In this document: positions 11,477-25,351 of the stretch, one piece after another
Layout: the number at the start of each line of letters is the position of its first letter
How positions within the stretch are numbered: position 1 is the first letter of the stretch
NCBI GenBank assembly: GCA_038496445.1
Contig: JALMLS010000268.1
Location: 372,001 to 436,000, forward strand
Source of the DNA: Trichosphaerium sp. ATCC 40318
Taxonomy: Eukaryota > Protista > Tubulinea
Reading direction: 5' to 3'
DNA length: 64,000 nt
Position numbers and translations under genes: made by a program
The notes under the pieces: generated by a model
Told to the model about the DNA's origin: nothing
Seen by the model: the letters and a program-made list of their open reading frames with translations, nothing else
The model's database searches: none

Positions 11477-14400
11477 ATGACAGACCAACAAACACACGAT
11501 AGATTAATAAACCTAAATGGCCTCGGCAGAGGTATTTTGGCGCAGCTCTACAATCTTAAGGCCTACTGGTACTATTCGCACCCAGCGTAGTTACTTACCT
11601 TGCTAAAGGAACGACGCTAAACGAAAACCTCCTTTTCTCGCGGACCAACGATACACAGCCATCAACAAGCTAGTCAAGCGCAAATTCCCTGAAATACCAC
11701 TACTAGAGAAGGTATGGCGTAAAACGATAATAGATTTCAACTTTAGTTTGCCCCAATACTGTTATATGGCTATTTATAATGCATATTTTAACTAACGAAA
11801 CTCCTTGCACTAAACCTAAAATTTAACGCAGCTCGAACAAAACAACTTGGATTTATACAAAGACAGCGCTACTGAATATGTAAAATTACTCATGCCATAC
11901 TACAACGCATTCGTTGACGCATCAGACTTCCAACAACTCGCTAAGCAAATAATTCTCGAAATAGGCAACAAAACAAGCGAGATATCTGTACGTCGGTTCT
12001 CCGTTACACATCAAATTGACTAAGTTACAAAAAAAATATTTCAAACGCTCTTTTTACCGTGTAATTGCTTACGTGTGTACAGTTTGATATAAACCCAACG
12101 TTTATGGAGAATTTCATGGACATGTATTGTCTGTACATGCAAATCCCGTATTTCGTCCATCTTCTTGAAGAACGAAAGTCCTTCCTTGGTATATTTAACT
12201 TGTGCTATTACCTCGCATACAATGAGCAACAAGAGGAGAGTTTTGCAGGGCACGTCAAGTTGAAAACCAACTGAAAAAAAATCACAAAAAAACTGCACAA
12301 ATTTTGTTTCTCTAGCTAACCCTTCGATAGCATATCTAAATACCTAAACGAATATACTGGCAGTCGTATGTGGAAACAATTTCAACTGGATTTCAAAGCA
12401 ATCGGGTCCAAGGTAAATTCAACATTTTGTAACATGGCTTTTTGTATTTACTTCATTTTATAAAGGTTGTCAATGGCCTTGTACCATTGTTCGTGGATTA
12501 CATGAAAATACGAACACCATCAGGTACATCTCAGTTAATTGCATGTGCGTTGAAAGCATTTTAACGGCCTCTATAGCGCTACGTAAGGATGGCACGTTGA
12601 GTTTGACTATTGATCCTACAAAGCTCACGTTCCCTATTACTCACAGAGTGCGGCACTTGGCATTTATTTTTTATTAACTATTGTTTAGAATTTGAACCTC
12701 ATGCTGGTCGCACAAAAAATTCATACGTGGGTTATGTACAGTTTTTTGTGCTCTCCAGAAGACTTAGGCACTGTATGTGTTTTTAGCTGGTTTTATACTA
12801 TTCGCGTGTTCGTCAGCACTTTGGTCTTATAATGACTTAGGAGAACGCAGTACCTATGCTACAAGCTATTATGAGCGAAGGGTATAATGTACCTGTGTTC
12901 CGCGATGTAACAGCGCCACTTGCTGCTCCATATGAGGATCTCTTTAAAAATTACAAGAGCAAAGCCAACAAAGCTGTAAAATTATACAAACACACAGGAT
13001 TAATCAAGTACGTTTGTCTTTCGCTCGATTAAAAAAAACCCAACGAATACTCGGGTATTTTTATGTGTTTTCCCGTCGTTGGCGTCAGTGATGTTGTGGC
13101 TCATACTTTGATGCAGGGAAGGTGGTACAAAGGGTGTTACAGAAGCTGGATCACAACATCGAAGCAGACGTATATATTTGCGCCAAGAGCTTGAAAATCT
13201 GTATAGATTATTGAAGGATACACCTGCTCTCGTTGGTCCAAAGTTTATGGTACTCATTTTAAATAAAAACCTCGTGCCCGCAATTGACACATTTGACTAG
13301 GTTTGCTTGGCAGCATTGACTTATGCTCGTGAGGAATTGTTCTGGTACTTCCGTCATTGGGGCAATCCTCCTCCAAAGACGTTCAGCAACAAACATAAAC
13401 CAGATGAATTCGCTGATAACCGTATATCCGAGTTAATCTTTAATATTGTTATGCTTACCAATCTCATTCGTGAAAACAAAAAAGGTATCACAATCGTTTT
13501 GACACGTTTATCTGACGACTGTTCTCGTAGCTGCCCAACAATACTTTGCTGAGTACCTTTCTGGTGCTGACTCCTCAAAAGTGGCAGAGGTAGCTCATGG
13601 CGACTTTCCCAATCTCGCTGGACCAGCCGTCAATGCTGCTGTAGAATTTGTAAGGACGCGATTGGTGATGCTTCCCCAAAGAAGCTTGATGAAAATCAAT
13701 TCCTTGTACGTGCATACAGCAATTACCTCATTTAAAATCTAAATATTGCGACTAGGACTGTCGCTTGCATTGGTATCGTGCTGAAGCCACTTTGGCTGCT
13801 GGACGACCAGTTGTGGCAACTAAAACAGCAAAATCAATTCTAACAATGAGCAATGTCATACTACATACTTTGTACGCCCTCCGAATCATCCGTTTTATTC
13901 TTTTTGGAGATTTTTTAAGCAAGAGCTAACGCCAGGTGGTTAGGGTTGTAGATGATATCGAAGGTTTGTTATCTAAATACTGTTCGTTGCGTGAGCTCTG
14001 GTATTTTAGTGATAAATTTGACAAGGTAATATATATGCCACTTTTATTATTGTTATCATCCTAAATGGTATGCAAATAGGTCTTCTACAAATCGATTGCT
14101 GATGGTCCTAATCAACCAACACATTGTATGGCTTTCATGATTTTGTTGAGCCACTTCCCAGAGAACGCAACACCTTTCGATCCTCAAGAGGTACATACAC
14201 AGAATACTCAAGGTGTATTCAGCCTTGTTTCTCACTTTCTTCTTTAGAAATTGCGTATTGGTGATGCAGTATCTGCCAAGGCACAAATATACATGGACAA
14301 GATATGTGGCCGTATTGGATCTCTCATAGATTCTATTGCCAATGAATTTATTACCCATGAAAACCAGGTAATCAATCTTTCAGTTAGTCAAAATTGACAT

Positions 14401-16634
14401 TAACCTTGTTGTCTTGTTTAGTTGTCAGAAGCGAATGGTATATTCAGCTTGGTGAAGAAAAAGACAGATTGGAAACCACCAAAGAATTGGCATGAGCCAG
14501 CACCAGCTGGCACAGAAAGTACCTGGCTCAACCGTGGCGCATTGCAAACGTACACAAAAAATAAGTTTGACATTTTTTTTCTAATGACTCACCCGCAGGT
14601 TGCGACTCTATCAAAAGAATGTAGCACAATTGTGCACTGCTATCAACAATGTCAAGTCAATTTCGATCTATGATAAAGTCTACACTCCTTCAGAGGTATG
14701 TGTACTTTCACCTAAACCAAAAAAAAAGATTATGACTGACGGTATTTGTATAGTGGCTTGTCGATCTTGTAGAAAACTTACTAAAGGGATTCCTTGGTCG
14801 TCTCATCATGACACCGTCCAATCGTCAACCTAATCCTAAGGACCCAGATCCAAATCTAATCCAACCTCCACCAGTCCTCGCTGCACAAATTCAAACGTAC
14901 ATTGGCGTTCTACAAACACTTGAGTATTATGGTTAGTCAGGTTTTTTTTTCAGAAGTAATGAACAATGCATTGACACCTTGTTAGCTGAAATCAATGTGC
15001 TACAAATTGTCGATACTGTCATGTTGAGTCAAGTTCATCATGTTGCTTCTGGTCTACCAGGAGAAGGCGTTGAATGGATGAAGGAAATAGAAAAGAGCAA
15101 CACCTTACCAAAAGATACAATAATTGAAAAGATTGCTACTTGGTATGGTACCTTCTTTTCAGAAAAATTGATACAGACGCCTGGTATTGTATTCAGTCCA
15201 AAGAATAGAGGATTCGTTACCCGGTTATCTCACAACAATTTCAAGTGCGTTAGCAATGTTACACAATTGTTGTTATTGTTACTGACAGTTGTCTTGAAGA
15301 GCTGAAACATATTGTGATTTGAGACAATTGAGGGCATTAATGTCGCTTATTGGCACTTGTGGCTTGAAAGTAATTAATAGAATGATAATGAAGACTATTC
15401 TATACAACGTCAGAACAATCAAGGTAAACGCAACAAACTTTCAATATTCGCTGTTATTTTCTTCTTCGCTCATTGACAACGTATAGGAAATATTGCGTGC
15501 ACTCAAGCCTATGTTGGAAGAAGTATCAAAATGCTATCATATTGAAAATAAGGCAAATCATTTGATACGCGCAAATCTTAAAGAAAAAGGTACCTACTTT
15601 CATACCTGCTTTGTTTTTTTTCGTTTTGTATTATGTTAACAAAATGTGTTTCTAGCTCCATTTATGGATAAGTTTACACGTGCTTCTGTTATCATTGGAA
15701 ATGCGCTCAACTTTAGAGATATTTTATACGAGGCTCACAGGGATGTTTGTGAAGAAACAGTTCCTTTCATCCAACATGCTGTTGAGAATACATTCAATCA
15801 GTATAACAGAAATGTATTTATGGCCATAGACTTTGTTGTACGTAAAATAATGCATGATGTTATTGTCGTAACTCTTAATTAGCCAATGGATGCGCTAGCT
15901 GCTGATCTTGGTATTAAATCTACCTTGTCTGATCAAGAACTTCGTCAATTGCTTCTACCTGGTACTTGTAGTACTTGAATCACTCTTTAGCCACTTACTT
16001 TTGTACTAGAAGCACAAGCTGATGCACAATTATGGGATCTATTGCCAGTGGCATATGCACTAGCATTCCCACTAGCAGGATTCTTCAAAGATGTCAATTA
16101 CGATGTCATGCTTGAAGGTAACGCTATTTCTACAAGTTTAATTGTAAGATAAGATATTAATTATGTTTTTAGCGGATCAAATCAACGCTCACTCTTTGGT
16201 TAAGACAATCAGCGAGTTAATAATTACCTTTAAATCTCTAACGGTGGACAGCAATGACGTGCGAATATTTCAGAGTTGATTTGTTATTTTTCTTTGTTTT
16301 CTAATTATTTGGGCGCTATTAGGAAAAGGATGTAAAGAATTCTTTGGTATTGTTCCTTGAAATGGCAACCACCTTTCTGCTCCGCATGTGCAAGAACAAA
16401 TCAAAAGACAAGACTGTTCCAAGAGAGATAGAGTCCATGTGTATTCTCATTGATCTCGTACGACTTAATGATTTGTTTCTATCTCTACGCTATTGTTTGG
16501 TTAACCAGTTTTAGTTTGTTGATGGCTGTCCATTGATTATGAGAAGCCAAGTCGAGGAAATCCTTCCATACTCGTTCCTGAGGTCCATGTGGCTTCGCTT
16601 GCACAACAAGGCTACCACTGGATACCATTATTAA
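11477..16634 (+). CDS. NCKAP1: Nck-associated protein 1 (NAP1/Hem-2), SCAR/WAVE complex subunit, many exons
   Basis: MTDQQTHDRLINLNGLGRGILAQLYNLK, LTYAREELFWYFRH, ISELIFNIVMLTNLIRE, QQYFAEYLSGAD, LPGEGVEW, IIGNALNFRDILYEA and ILPYSFLRSMW follow the NCKAP1 family order. Confidence 0.92.
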
Positions 16635-16858
16635 CGGGTAAAAACCCCAGCATCTTGTTGTACACTTATTTATCAAATAAAGAAAATCCCAGTGCAATAT
16701 CTCTTGTAGTTGTTGGTAGGCTAACGTTGGTGTTAAGCTAAACAATACAAGACTTTTGTTGAAATATGAATGTGACATAAAACTATTGCTCTTTTGAACG
16801 CGCGACAAGCTCTTGAAAGAGTTGTGATAATATACAGCGCACGCTGCTCCATTGCAAG

Positions 16859-18853
16859 ATGTTTGTGCGAACTTGTAAGTCAAGAGTGCTGTACACGCCA
16901 AAAAAGAGTACGCATGAGCGACGGGTAAGCAAATCAATGCCGTTTACACTAAAATAAGGCTATCTTGTTATTATAGCCTAAAACTCACCTACAAGCGTAG
17001 ATAAAGCGCTATTATGCCTCTAGTAAGCATAAACTCGACGTAAACGTTGTAATTCATGGACCTCACCCGTCTGTTGCTTCTGAAATTGAAACAAAGCTAA
17101 AAGCTAATAACATATTTGACCGTTGTCAGGCACTTACAAAGAGAGCTATTTCATTCGCGTACGATGGTAAGGCGTCTTTTTTTTTTTGGCATCATCAATG
17201 TCACTCACGTGATTCTTTTTTTCTTTAGTTACAGCACAAAATACAGAATTTAGCAAACACGTGGAGAAGCTTAGCAAAACAGTTCCTGAAACTTTGACAC
17301 TAGTAGACAATTGGACGAATGTATTGTGTAGGCTTTTTACCACAGGGTTTGGTGGTGTTGTCATGCGTTACGGATATGACAGGGATAAGAGTTTTTGCTA
17401 CCTTTGGCATAGTCCTAAAGATCGTATTGAACAAGCGGCTTCTGTAATTACAAGGGAGATAGCGCATCGTGTTTCTGGTGCATATTGTTTCAGGGATGAT
17501 GGCAAGACTTGGTATGCTCCATTAATAGTAGTTTTTGTTTTGTTGTGACGGTATATAAAGGGTTTCTATCTATGGAAAAGCAGGAAAAACAATGAGAGTA
17601 TTACCAGAAGTTGAACATGCTGAAGAGAAGGTTGAGAAAAGTAGTTCTATGAAGTATCAAAACAAAACAATCACACAAATGACATTTAGCGATGCAGTAC
17701 AAGGCGGTGGTTCAGTATTTCACAATGGTAAGGATATTCTTGCAGAATACAAGCTAAAGTGGGGGTTTCCAAAACCTAAGATTAACGAGATTCCCTTGGA
17801 AGTATGTACACCGTGGTGTAGAGAATTCAGTGTACTGACATTTAATTGTAGGTTTATTCAGAGGCATCTTTTTACTTCAATGTCTCCAAGTTTTTACATG
17901 ATAATGGCTTCTATAGTGCCTTTCTATTAAAGGTTCCGGAACCTGATTTTGTAGATGGTTTTGTAACCAAAATACTTGGTGTTCGTAAGACAAACAACTC
18001 ATTTTTTGTATTTTATTCAGTTAGTTTAACTTTTCTGTCCAAAGAGGATATGGCTATTGTTGGTTATGACCCTGTTGACACTAAAACTGAACCGACCGAC
18101 GACAGTGATGAATTTATCTCCCCGTATACACTGCGGGAGGTATGTCTAATTTATTACTGTTCGAGCTTAAAATATGTATAGAAACTTCCAGCTGTTTTTA
18201 CAGCAAATGTGAAACGACCTTTAATATGCAAAATGTTTGTATGGCTTTGGGGAGCGGCTTTTTATGAAAAGAAGCTAAAAAATCAAGTGATTACAGAACA
18301 ACCTGTACCGGCTTTCGGTGTTGCACGTATGTTTTCAAGTACAATTTACATTTAATGACATTTGTCGACAGGCAGTATAAAAACATGGGTATTTGAAAAA
18401 AAAACAGGCAAAATGTGCTTCAGTTTTAAACCTACCAAAACTGGCTGTCAAATGTACATGTCTACAAATGTTGATATTATTCAACGCATGTTAAATCTTG
18501 AAGTAAATTCAAAGGATAAAGTTGTCGAAGGCATACCAGTGCTAAAGGTACGACATTTGTCAGTTTTCTTTATAAGTTGTACTGTGTTTGCTAGTCATGA
18601 CTTTATCAGATTATTCAGCTAAATTTTACTGTAGTGCAAAGGAGACACTATCAAATACGCGCTTGCCATTGGCGCCACTCTTTTAAGTTCTACTGAGACT
18701 CAAGCAAAAGTTGTTGAAGAACTATCACAGGAGGCTATAGATATAGCGAATGATGCTGGAGTTAAAATACCATCCGATATAAAGATGCATGTCAATGTTG
18801 AAGGAAGTACTCTCAGCATGAATGCTAAAGTGACTGACCTACTCAAAGCATAA
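16859..18853 (+). CDS. Hypothetical protein with probable mitochondrial targeting peptide
   Basis: Spliced start MFVRTCKSRVLYTPKKSTHERRIKRYYASS is Arg-rich and acid-poor. Exons join in frame and end ..VTDLLKA*. No domain recognised. Confidence 0.6.
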
Positions 18854-19026
18854 AACTGTATTAAAAAAACCATTTTGTCGTTGAATTCTGTTCCTTCACA
18901 CTCAGGAATGAATTATAGTTTAGTTTGCAAGAACCACATGACTTAACAGCTCTTAATTAAGTGCTGAATTTCACAGTCGTTTGTTGCTACTGTGGCTGCC
19001 TGTGTGCATTCTTAAAGATATTGACT

Positions 19027-20264
19027 ATGGAACTACCTCAGTACGTTAAATTATCTATTGAGATGCTAAAGATATCTCTTGAACCAATGTTAATAGCCTC
19101 AAATTTTATTGATTCTTTGCTTACGATCTTTATCTTTATCTATTTACAACGTCTCGCGCTTTTTTAATAATAAGTAGTGTACCGAAAGCACCAGAGAGTT
19201 TCAGCATTCTCCTTGAAGTGCCTATAGAGATTCTGTCGGTCATATTTCTAAACCTAGAGCATTCTCGCTTCAATGTCGCTCAAACGTCTAAATACCTCTA
19301 TAATATCATTCGTAGTGTTGTGGGCTACTATAGTATTAGGTTAGACACCAAATCCGATTATGAAACGTTTTTTGGGTATCCTTCAAATCGGCTCGCAAAC
19401 ACGCACCTTGTCTTCCGTAAATGCTATTGGTTTACTGGAACGTACCTGAGGGAGATAACCAACAAGTATAAATTATCATCAATAGATGTTGGATGGTGCA
19501 AGAGGGTTTATGATAGTGATTTGGCATGTCTTCAGGGTGTACCGAGCGTGGATATTTCTGGATGTATAAACATCAATGGGTGTGGCTTGAAACACTTATC
19601 AGGTGTTCACACTATCAATCTATCTAAAACAGAAACAGTAAAAAGTATTGGCGAATTAGCTGGTGTACATACAATCGACCTTAGTTACACTGCTGTGTCA
19701 GACCAAGATATTGCGACAATTGCTGGTGTGCATAATGTCAACCTTCGAGGTTGCACTAATGTGTCTGAGGTTGGACTAAAAGCTCTTGCTGGCGTGCATA
19801 CCATTGACCTAAGTTACTGTACCAATTTAAAAGCCTCGGGCATTGAAGCACTTTCCAATGCTCATCTATACAATATTACATTGTTTGGATGTCAAGTCAA
19901 TCATAAGATTGTTTGTTCGCTCTCTGGTGTGCACACTGTTGATCTTGGTTATTGTGGAGGACTTACAGCAGAAAGTATTAAATGTTTAACTGGTGTTTGT
20001 AACCTTAGTATTGATCAGTGGTCTCATTCTTTGGAGTTTCTGATTACTGATGAATTATTGGATTGTTTGAAAGATATCCATACTCTTAGGTTTACGCCTC
20101 ACAATAAACATACATATACACGTGCTGGAATAATGTCGCTGGCGGATGCATATAAAATCATTGTCTCAAAACCAGGTGATACTACTTTCAACAGTTGCAT
20201 TGAGGACCTAAAGAGGAACAATACAATAGTTCAATTGTTGTCACCAAGACGTTGTTTCCTTTGA
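19027..20264 (+). CDS. F-box + leucine-rich repeat protein (LxGVHTIDLSY-type repeats)
   Basis: LLEVPIEILSVIFLNL F-box, repeated LSGVHTINLS/LAGVHTIDLSY units. One 5' intron, then an uninterrupted exon of about 1.08 kb. Confidence 0.85.
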
Positions 20265-20471
20265 TGAACGTATGCTAGAATCTACATATGCACGTCAATT
20301 TTTGTTGCTAGTGTAAAATAATGTAGGTGAAGGTGACCATGACTGGCTAGCTACAAAATTTACACCCATGTTGAGTTGTAATTTAAATTGTAATCGTTTA
20401 TTAGTATTGAAATATAGAGCATTATGGTATATGGTTATCACAATAAGGTTTGACCCATTGAATTAGGAAAT

Positions 20472-23400
20472 CTAAAGACTGGTTAACCCAAAAAGTCGGT
20501 AGAAAAGATATTGAAGTTTACTTACGTTGAAAGCCTTTGTTCTTGGTCTGCTATTTTCTTCTCCTGTATCCTTTTCTCTCTGTACTGGTAATATTTGTAT
20601 CCAATTGTAGTAACTATAGTTACTAAAACGAGGAATATAAAGAGTGCCATTAACGCAAGAACCCAAGGAGGTGGAGAGTGAGAGGTTGGTTCTATACTAG
20701 TTTAAAAAAGATGCCATTTGTCATTTGGCTTAAAGCGCCAATATGTCTTCTTACCTTCTGGTATTGGTGCGTAATTTACCACCACTGCCCCAGTCACTTG
20801 TGTATTAGATAACTTACCTACCCGTATGTTACAAAGAAAAGAAGGAAAGGGACAAATTTCAAATGTAAAACAAAGAAATGAGTTTGATACCATTTTCTAG
20901 CTCCCATTCTGCAAAAGCGAGCAAGTTACGTGCAGTCCATGTAGCCGGAAGGCCATCCGGATCAAAATTAATAATTACTTTGGTGCACTTGTTGGACAAG
21001 ACGATGACTACGTCATCTTTTATGTCTAGCAGCTCTATTTTGTTTTAGCACTTCTTGTGGAGTCTCAAATAACGTACCAGCAAGGGCATGTTTCAAAACC
21101 TTATTGGAGATACAGTTTGACGTTACATCAACTTGCAAAGCAGGGCTTATAAAGAAATGCATTTTATCAAAGTCAGGACCTTTTGAAGGTGCCTCTGTAG
21201 GCATATCTGTAGGCGGCGCTGAAGGAGGAATTGTAGGTGTTATAGGTTCCATTGGAGCTTCAGTTGGAGGTGCACTTGTGGGTGCGTTTGTTGTTGGTGG
21301 TTTCGTAGTGGGTGATTGTGTAGTCGGTGGATTTGTCGTTGGTGCGTCTATTGTTGGAGGCACCGTGGTTGGAGGTACCGTGGTTGGTGGCAATGTTGTT
21401 GGAGGCACCGTGGTTGGAGGCACCGTGGTTGGAGGCACCGTGGTTGGTGGCACCGTTGTTGGAGGCACCGTTGTTGGAGGCAATGTTGTTGGTGGCAATG
21501 TCGTTGGTGGTTTTGTTGTAGGTGGACGTGTGGTAGGAGGAAGAGTAGTTGGAGGTTCTGTAGTAGGTGGACGTGTGGTAGGCGCAAGTGTAGTTGGTGG
21601 AAGCGTTGTGGGTGCTTTGGTAGGAGGAGATGTTGTGGGATTGAAAAACGGAGGCATAGTTGGTGTCGCTGTTGGGATCGCTACGGGTGCTATGCTTGGT
21701 GGAATTATGAACTCGCAGTTGGTCACATGTTCGTATATTTCTAGTGCACCACTTTCGCTCCGAGAGATTGTGATATAACTGGTTGCTGCATCGTTGAAGA
21801 GAATATCATAGATATAACCTACAAAAGCATTTTAGTTAAAACCTTATGTGGGTTTCAAAGAGTTGATAATGTACCTTCTTCACTATAAACAGGGATAGGG
21901 GTTGTTGTGTTTTGAGGCTTCATAGCTATTGTACGAAGGTTTTGACCTATGCAAGATAATGTCATTACAACGTATGTCAAAAAACCAGGTTACCTGTTCC
22001 GTTTGTATAAACCAAACATGGTAGTACTCTACTTGTAGCCCACAAACCCGAGTCCAGGCCCTTCTCCTCTACAAATATACCTATCCAACATATGAGTTAA
22101 TATTTACTAAGCTAAATCAATGAAAGTATGACAACTGCTAGCGTTAAGTTTTTGACATACCAGCAGTGCTCGTTATACCAGACTGAAGTTGTAGAGATGT
22201 CGAGTTTGTATCTGTAGCACTCCACCATAAGGTAAAATCGAGAGGCATCCGAGAAAGTTGAACTACTGTATTGAAACCATTGAATGTTTCACTAATATCT
22301 GAAACTTTCGTCTGGAGTTCTGCCGTATAATCCTCTGGGATAGGAATACGTGCTTCAGATATAAACATCTCAAGTACAGCTGTAACAGGAGCAATATCAT
22401 CAGTGGCATTGCCAGACCCGTTATTGTTGCCAGTAGTGCTGGGCTCAAATGTAGTACTATTACCAGCACTTGGAGCAGGGCTGTTAGTACTATTACCAGT
22501 ACTTGGAGTAGGGCTGTTAGTGGTATTACTAGCACTTGGAGCAGGGCTGTTAGTACTATTACCAGCACTTGGAGTAGGGCTATTAGTACTATTACCAGTT
22601 GGATTAGTGGTGCTATTGTCAGCAAACTGAGCTATAATGACAACACTAAAATAACTGTAAAAATATCATTGTTTATAGCTCTAAAAGTGAAGTTATTAGT
22701 ATTAATTGTACGTACGTGTTGATGGCAACTTTACCAAGGAATAATTGTTTACCATCCCAGCGATCATCCTCAGTGTCGACAAGTTTTACCATGTCAGCTC
22801 CGTCGGTTTCTGTAGAGCAAACAGCGTCAAAAGGACCTTCTTTAGGGCCTACAGAGAATACTATGTATGTTTCAACAGCTGTTACTGCTAAGCCCAATCC
22901 CGAAATGCCGTCTGGTTCTCTGCTGCAGTTATTGAGGTCAATCTAATAGAGTAAGTTTATATCACGTGGCGACCTCAAAACAAAAAGAAAAAAATCTAAA
23001 TTTTTGTACGTTTAGGGTTGTAGGCAATATATTGCCGTCATCATCTGTGTCATAATTTTCTAAATCTATTACGTTTATTTCGTTGTTATAATTAACATAG
23101 TAAATTGTTAAGTTGTCCAAAATAAGAAAGTCTCCACTAAAAAAAGAAACAAAGTCAAACATAAGACTGATTTTAACTACTGCGCACCCCCAATCTGTTA
23201 CAAGTGTAGCATCGTTTGTCTCATTTGTATTGAGGAATATTTCAGATCCCTCACTAATGATAGCAGCTGGAAAACTAACAAAGATGTGGATATTTAGGTT
23301 AAAATCACTCAAGCCTTCACCTACAAAAAACATTATAATTAGAAAAAGGGTTTGAAGTTTCCGCAATCACGTGCGTATTACTTCATCAGTATCTGTCATA

Positions 23401-23978
23401 TAGTTGAGTTTGTGTAGTGTATAATCACCTTCTACATTTGCGAAATAGTATATGGTGTGTGAAAAAGAAGACAGCCTTGCCTTGCCGTGTGCCTATTATC
23501 GGAGAAAAAAAAAAAGTGAATTTCTAGTATAGTTCATGTTGGCAACTCAGGAAATGTGTTTAAATGAACGATTCAGTATTGACGTACTGTAGCGGCGCTG
23601 CTAGCGCTGGTTAGCTGTTCACTACAATTGGCGGAACAATTAAGATTTAGTTTATGCATTTCTTGAACGTTCTCGCTGGTGTAAAGAGTATGAATGAGAT
23701 ATTGATTGTCTTCGTCCAGTACTGAACAGTTTGAGTCATCGAACAGCATAAAAAACGTACGGAATATCGATTCAGAAGCAGTATCGTTCATCCAATGCAC
23801 TTGGGACCTGCTAGCAAGCAAACGGGGCTAATTGCATGTCAACACGCCAATAATATCGTATAACGTCTCTCACGCCTAATATAGGCGAAAAGGAGCATAT
23901 TTAAACGGATCTTACCTCATCCATTGCGTATGTGCCCAAAAACAAGACGCAGCATAGTACCAGATGCATTAATCGCAT
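20472..23978 (-). CDS. Type I membrane glycoprotein with mucin-like Pro/Thr and NST repeats
   Basis: Signal peptide MRLMHLVLCCVLFLGTYA, GNSTNSPAPSA repeats, PPTT repeats, C-terminal TM WVLALMALFIFLVLVTIVTTIGY followed by a short charged tail. Confidence 0.7.
21240..21640 (-). repeat. 15-bp coding tandem repeat (PPTT[V/L/R/E])
   Basis: Repeated ggaggcaccgtggtt units on the + strand. Confidence 0.9.
22450..22600 (-). repeat. 33-bp coding tandem repeat (GNSTNSP[T/A]PSA, about 4 copies)
   Basis: Repeated tactattaccagcacttggagcagggctgttag units on the + strand. Confidence 0.85.
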
Positions 23979-24085
23979 CTAGAATCAATAATAATCAATG
24001 AATATAAGAAACCGTAAATGGTTAGGTTCCAGAAAGCGTTTTACTGCTTTTTATGGGATTTTGGTTAAGTCAGTTTTCTACAATT

Positions 24086-25274
24086 TTATTTCTTTCCTGT
24101 TATACTCAAATAATTTACAGTATTTTGGAACTGGACCGTAGGCTTAAGTGTTCCTGGTAGTACTTCAACCAGTTCTCCTTGTTCCAACACTTGACGATCA
24201 GCACGTCGTGCTTGATACTCAAAATCTGTGAAAATAAAATTAGGTAAATTTGGAAAAAAAATACTATGTTGGTACCTGAGAAGTCAGTGTTAGTCATCCC
24301 GAACTCAATGTAATCGAATATGACATTTTTAGTTCTGTAGAATGTATCACTGACTTGGCACATGAGTGAACCATCTGGTAGAGTTGTCATTGATAGATCC
24401 CAACTAGCCGCTTCAATCTTTTTGAAAAAAACAGTTTAGCTTTTGACAATTTATTTTTAATAAACGTACAACTTCTGCAAGGTCTGCCTGCTCAAAACCT
24501 TCAACACCACATACTATAGGAGAAGCGATATTAATGATATACATACACATTTTGGGTTCAGTTATCTTAGACAAGCCCCAATCCTAAAAACAGTGTCAAC
24601 GCTTTCTCCCGAAAAAAAAAAAGAAAAAAAAAAAGTAGAGCAAGTTAACTGACGTGACCACAATGAAATTCGAGTGTAGTTGAGCGTTTACGCTCTTTGC
24701 AGGCTGTGCCTTCACTATACAATTGTTTTCTATCAACAACCCTCTCGAATTTGCCCAAATGGTAGACATCATTTCCGTTTGTTTGTGTAATTTCGTTGTT
24801 AATGCAAACTTTGTACTTCCACGATGATTTTTGACCCTCCACACATCCCTGGCAACCAATTAAGATATTTTGACTTTCATTAAACCACGTGGCTACTCAC
24901 TGGGAATTGGCCTATTTCTTCCATTGCTTGAGCAGCCGTTTTTTCCACTTTGGCAACTAGCTTAGCCTTTTTTTGTTGTCAGAATTGGTTTTAAAGGTCT
25001 TTATGCTATACCTTGTCTGTGTGATATTTAAAGGTGCAAATAGGGCCGTCATTAGGCTATATCATGTTATGAGCGTATATTAGGGAGGCGTACTGCTTGT
25101 ATTGACACAGAACTGGAATCATCTTGAGCAAGTATTGTAAAACCGCGATGATCACCTTTTGGCAGCTCTGCAACGCATACTGACGCGCATAGAAAAACAA
25201 CTAAAAAAACGTAAACGAATTTTATTTCTAAAACCATTGGAGTCACCTAAGAGTACCAGCAAGCGCCCAGCCAT
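24086..25274 (-). CDS. Secreted MRH-domain (OS-9/PRKCSH-like) lectin
   Basis: Signal-like MAGRLLVLL. Spliced WKYKVC..ITQ..YHLGKF..QLYSEGTAC..KRSTTLEFHCG..ITEPKMCMYIINIASPIVC matches the MRH consensus. Confidence 0.8.
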
Positions 25275-25351
25275 TATATCAGGAATAGTGTTTGACTGTT
25301 TAGATGACTTGTTGCGACTTGTAATTTTAAATTACAGCAGTCACCGTTAGA

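Noticed and set aside
21104-21778. Long Val/Gly-rich + strand ORF and overlapping ORFs
   Set aside because: Antisense shadow of the PPTT repeats of the minus-strand membrane mucin.
22450-22600. 33-bp repeats as a CRISPR array
   Set aside because: No unique spacers, in-frame coding repeat, eukaryotic context, no cas genes.
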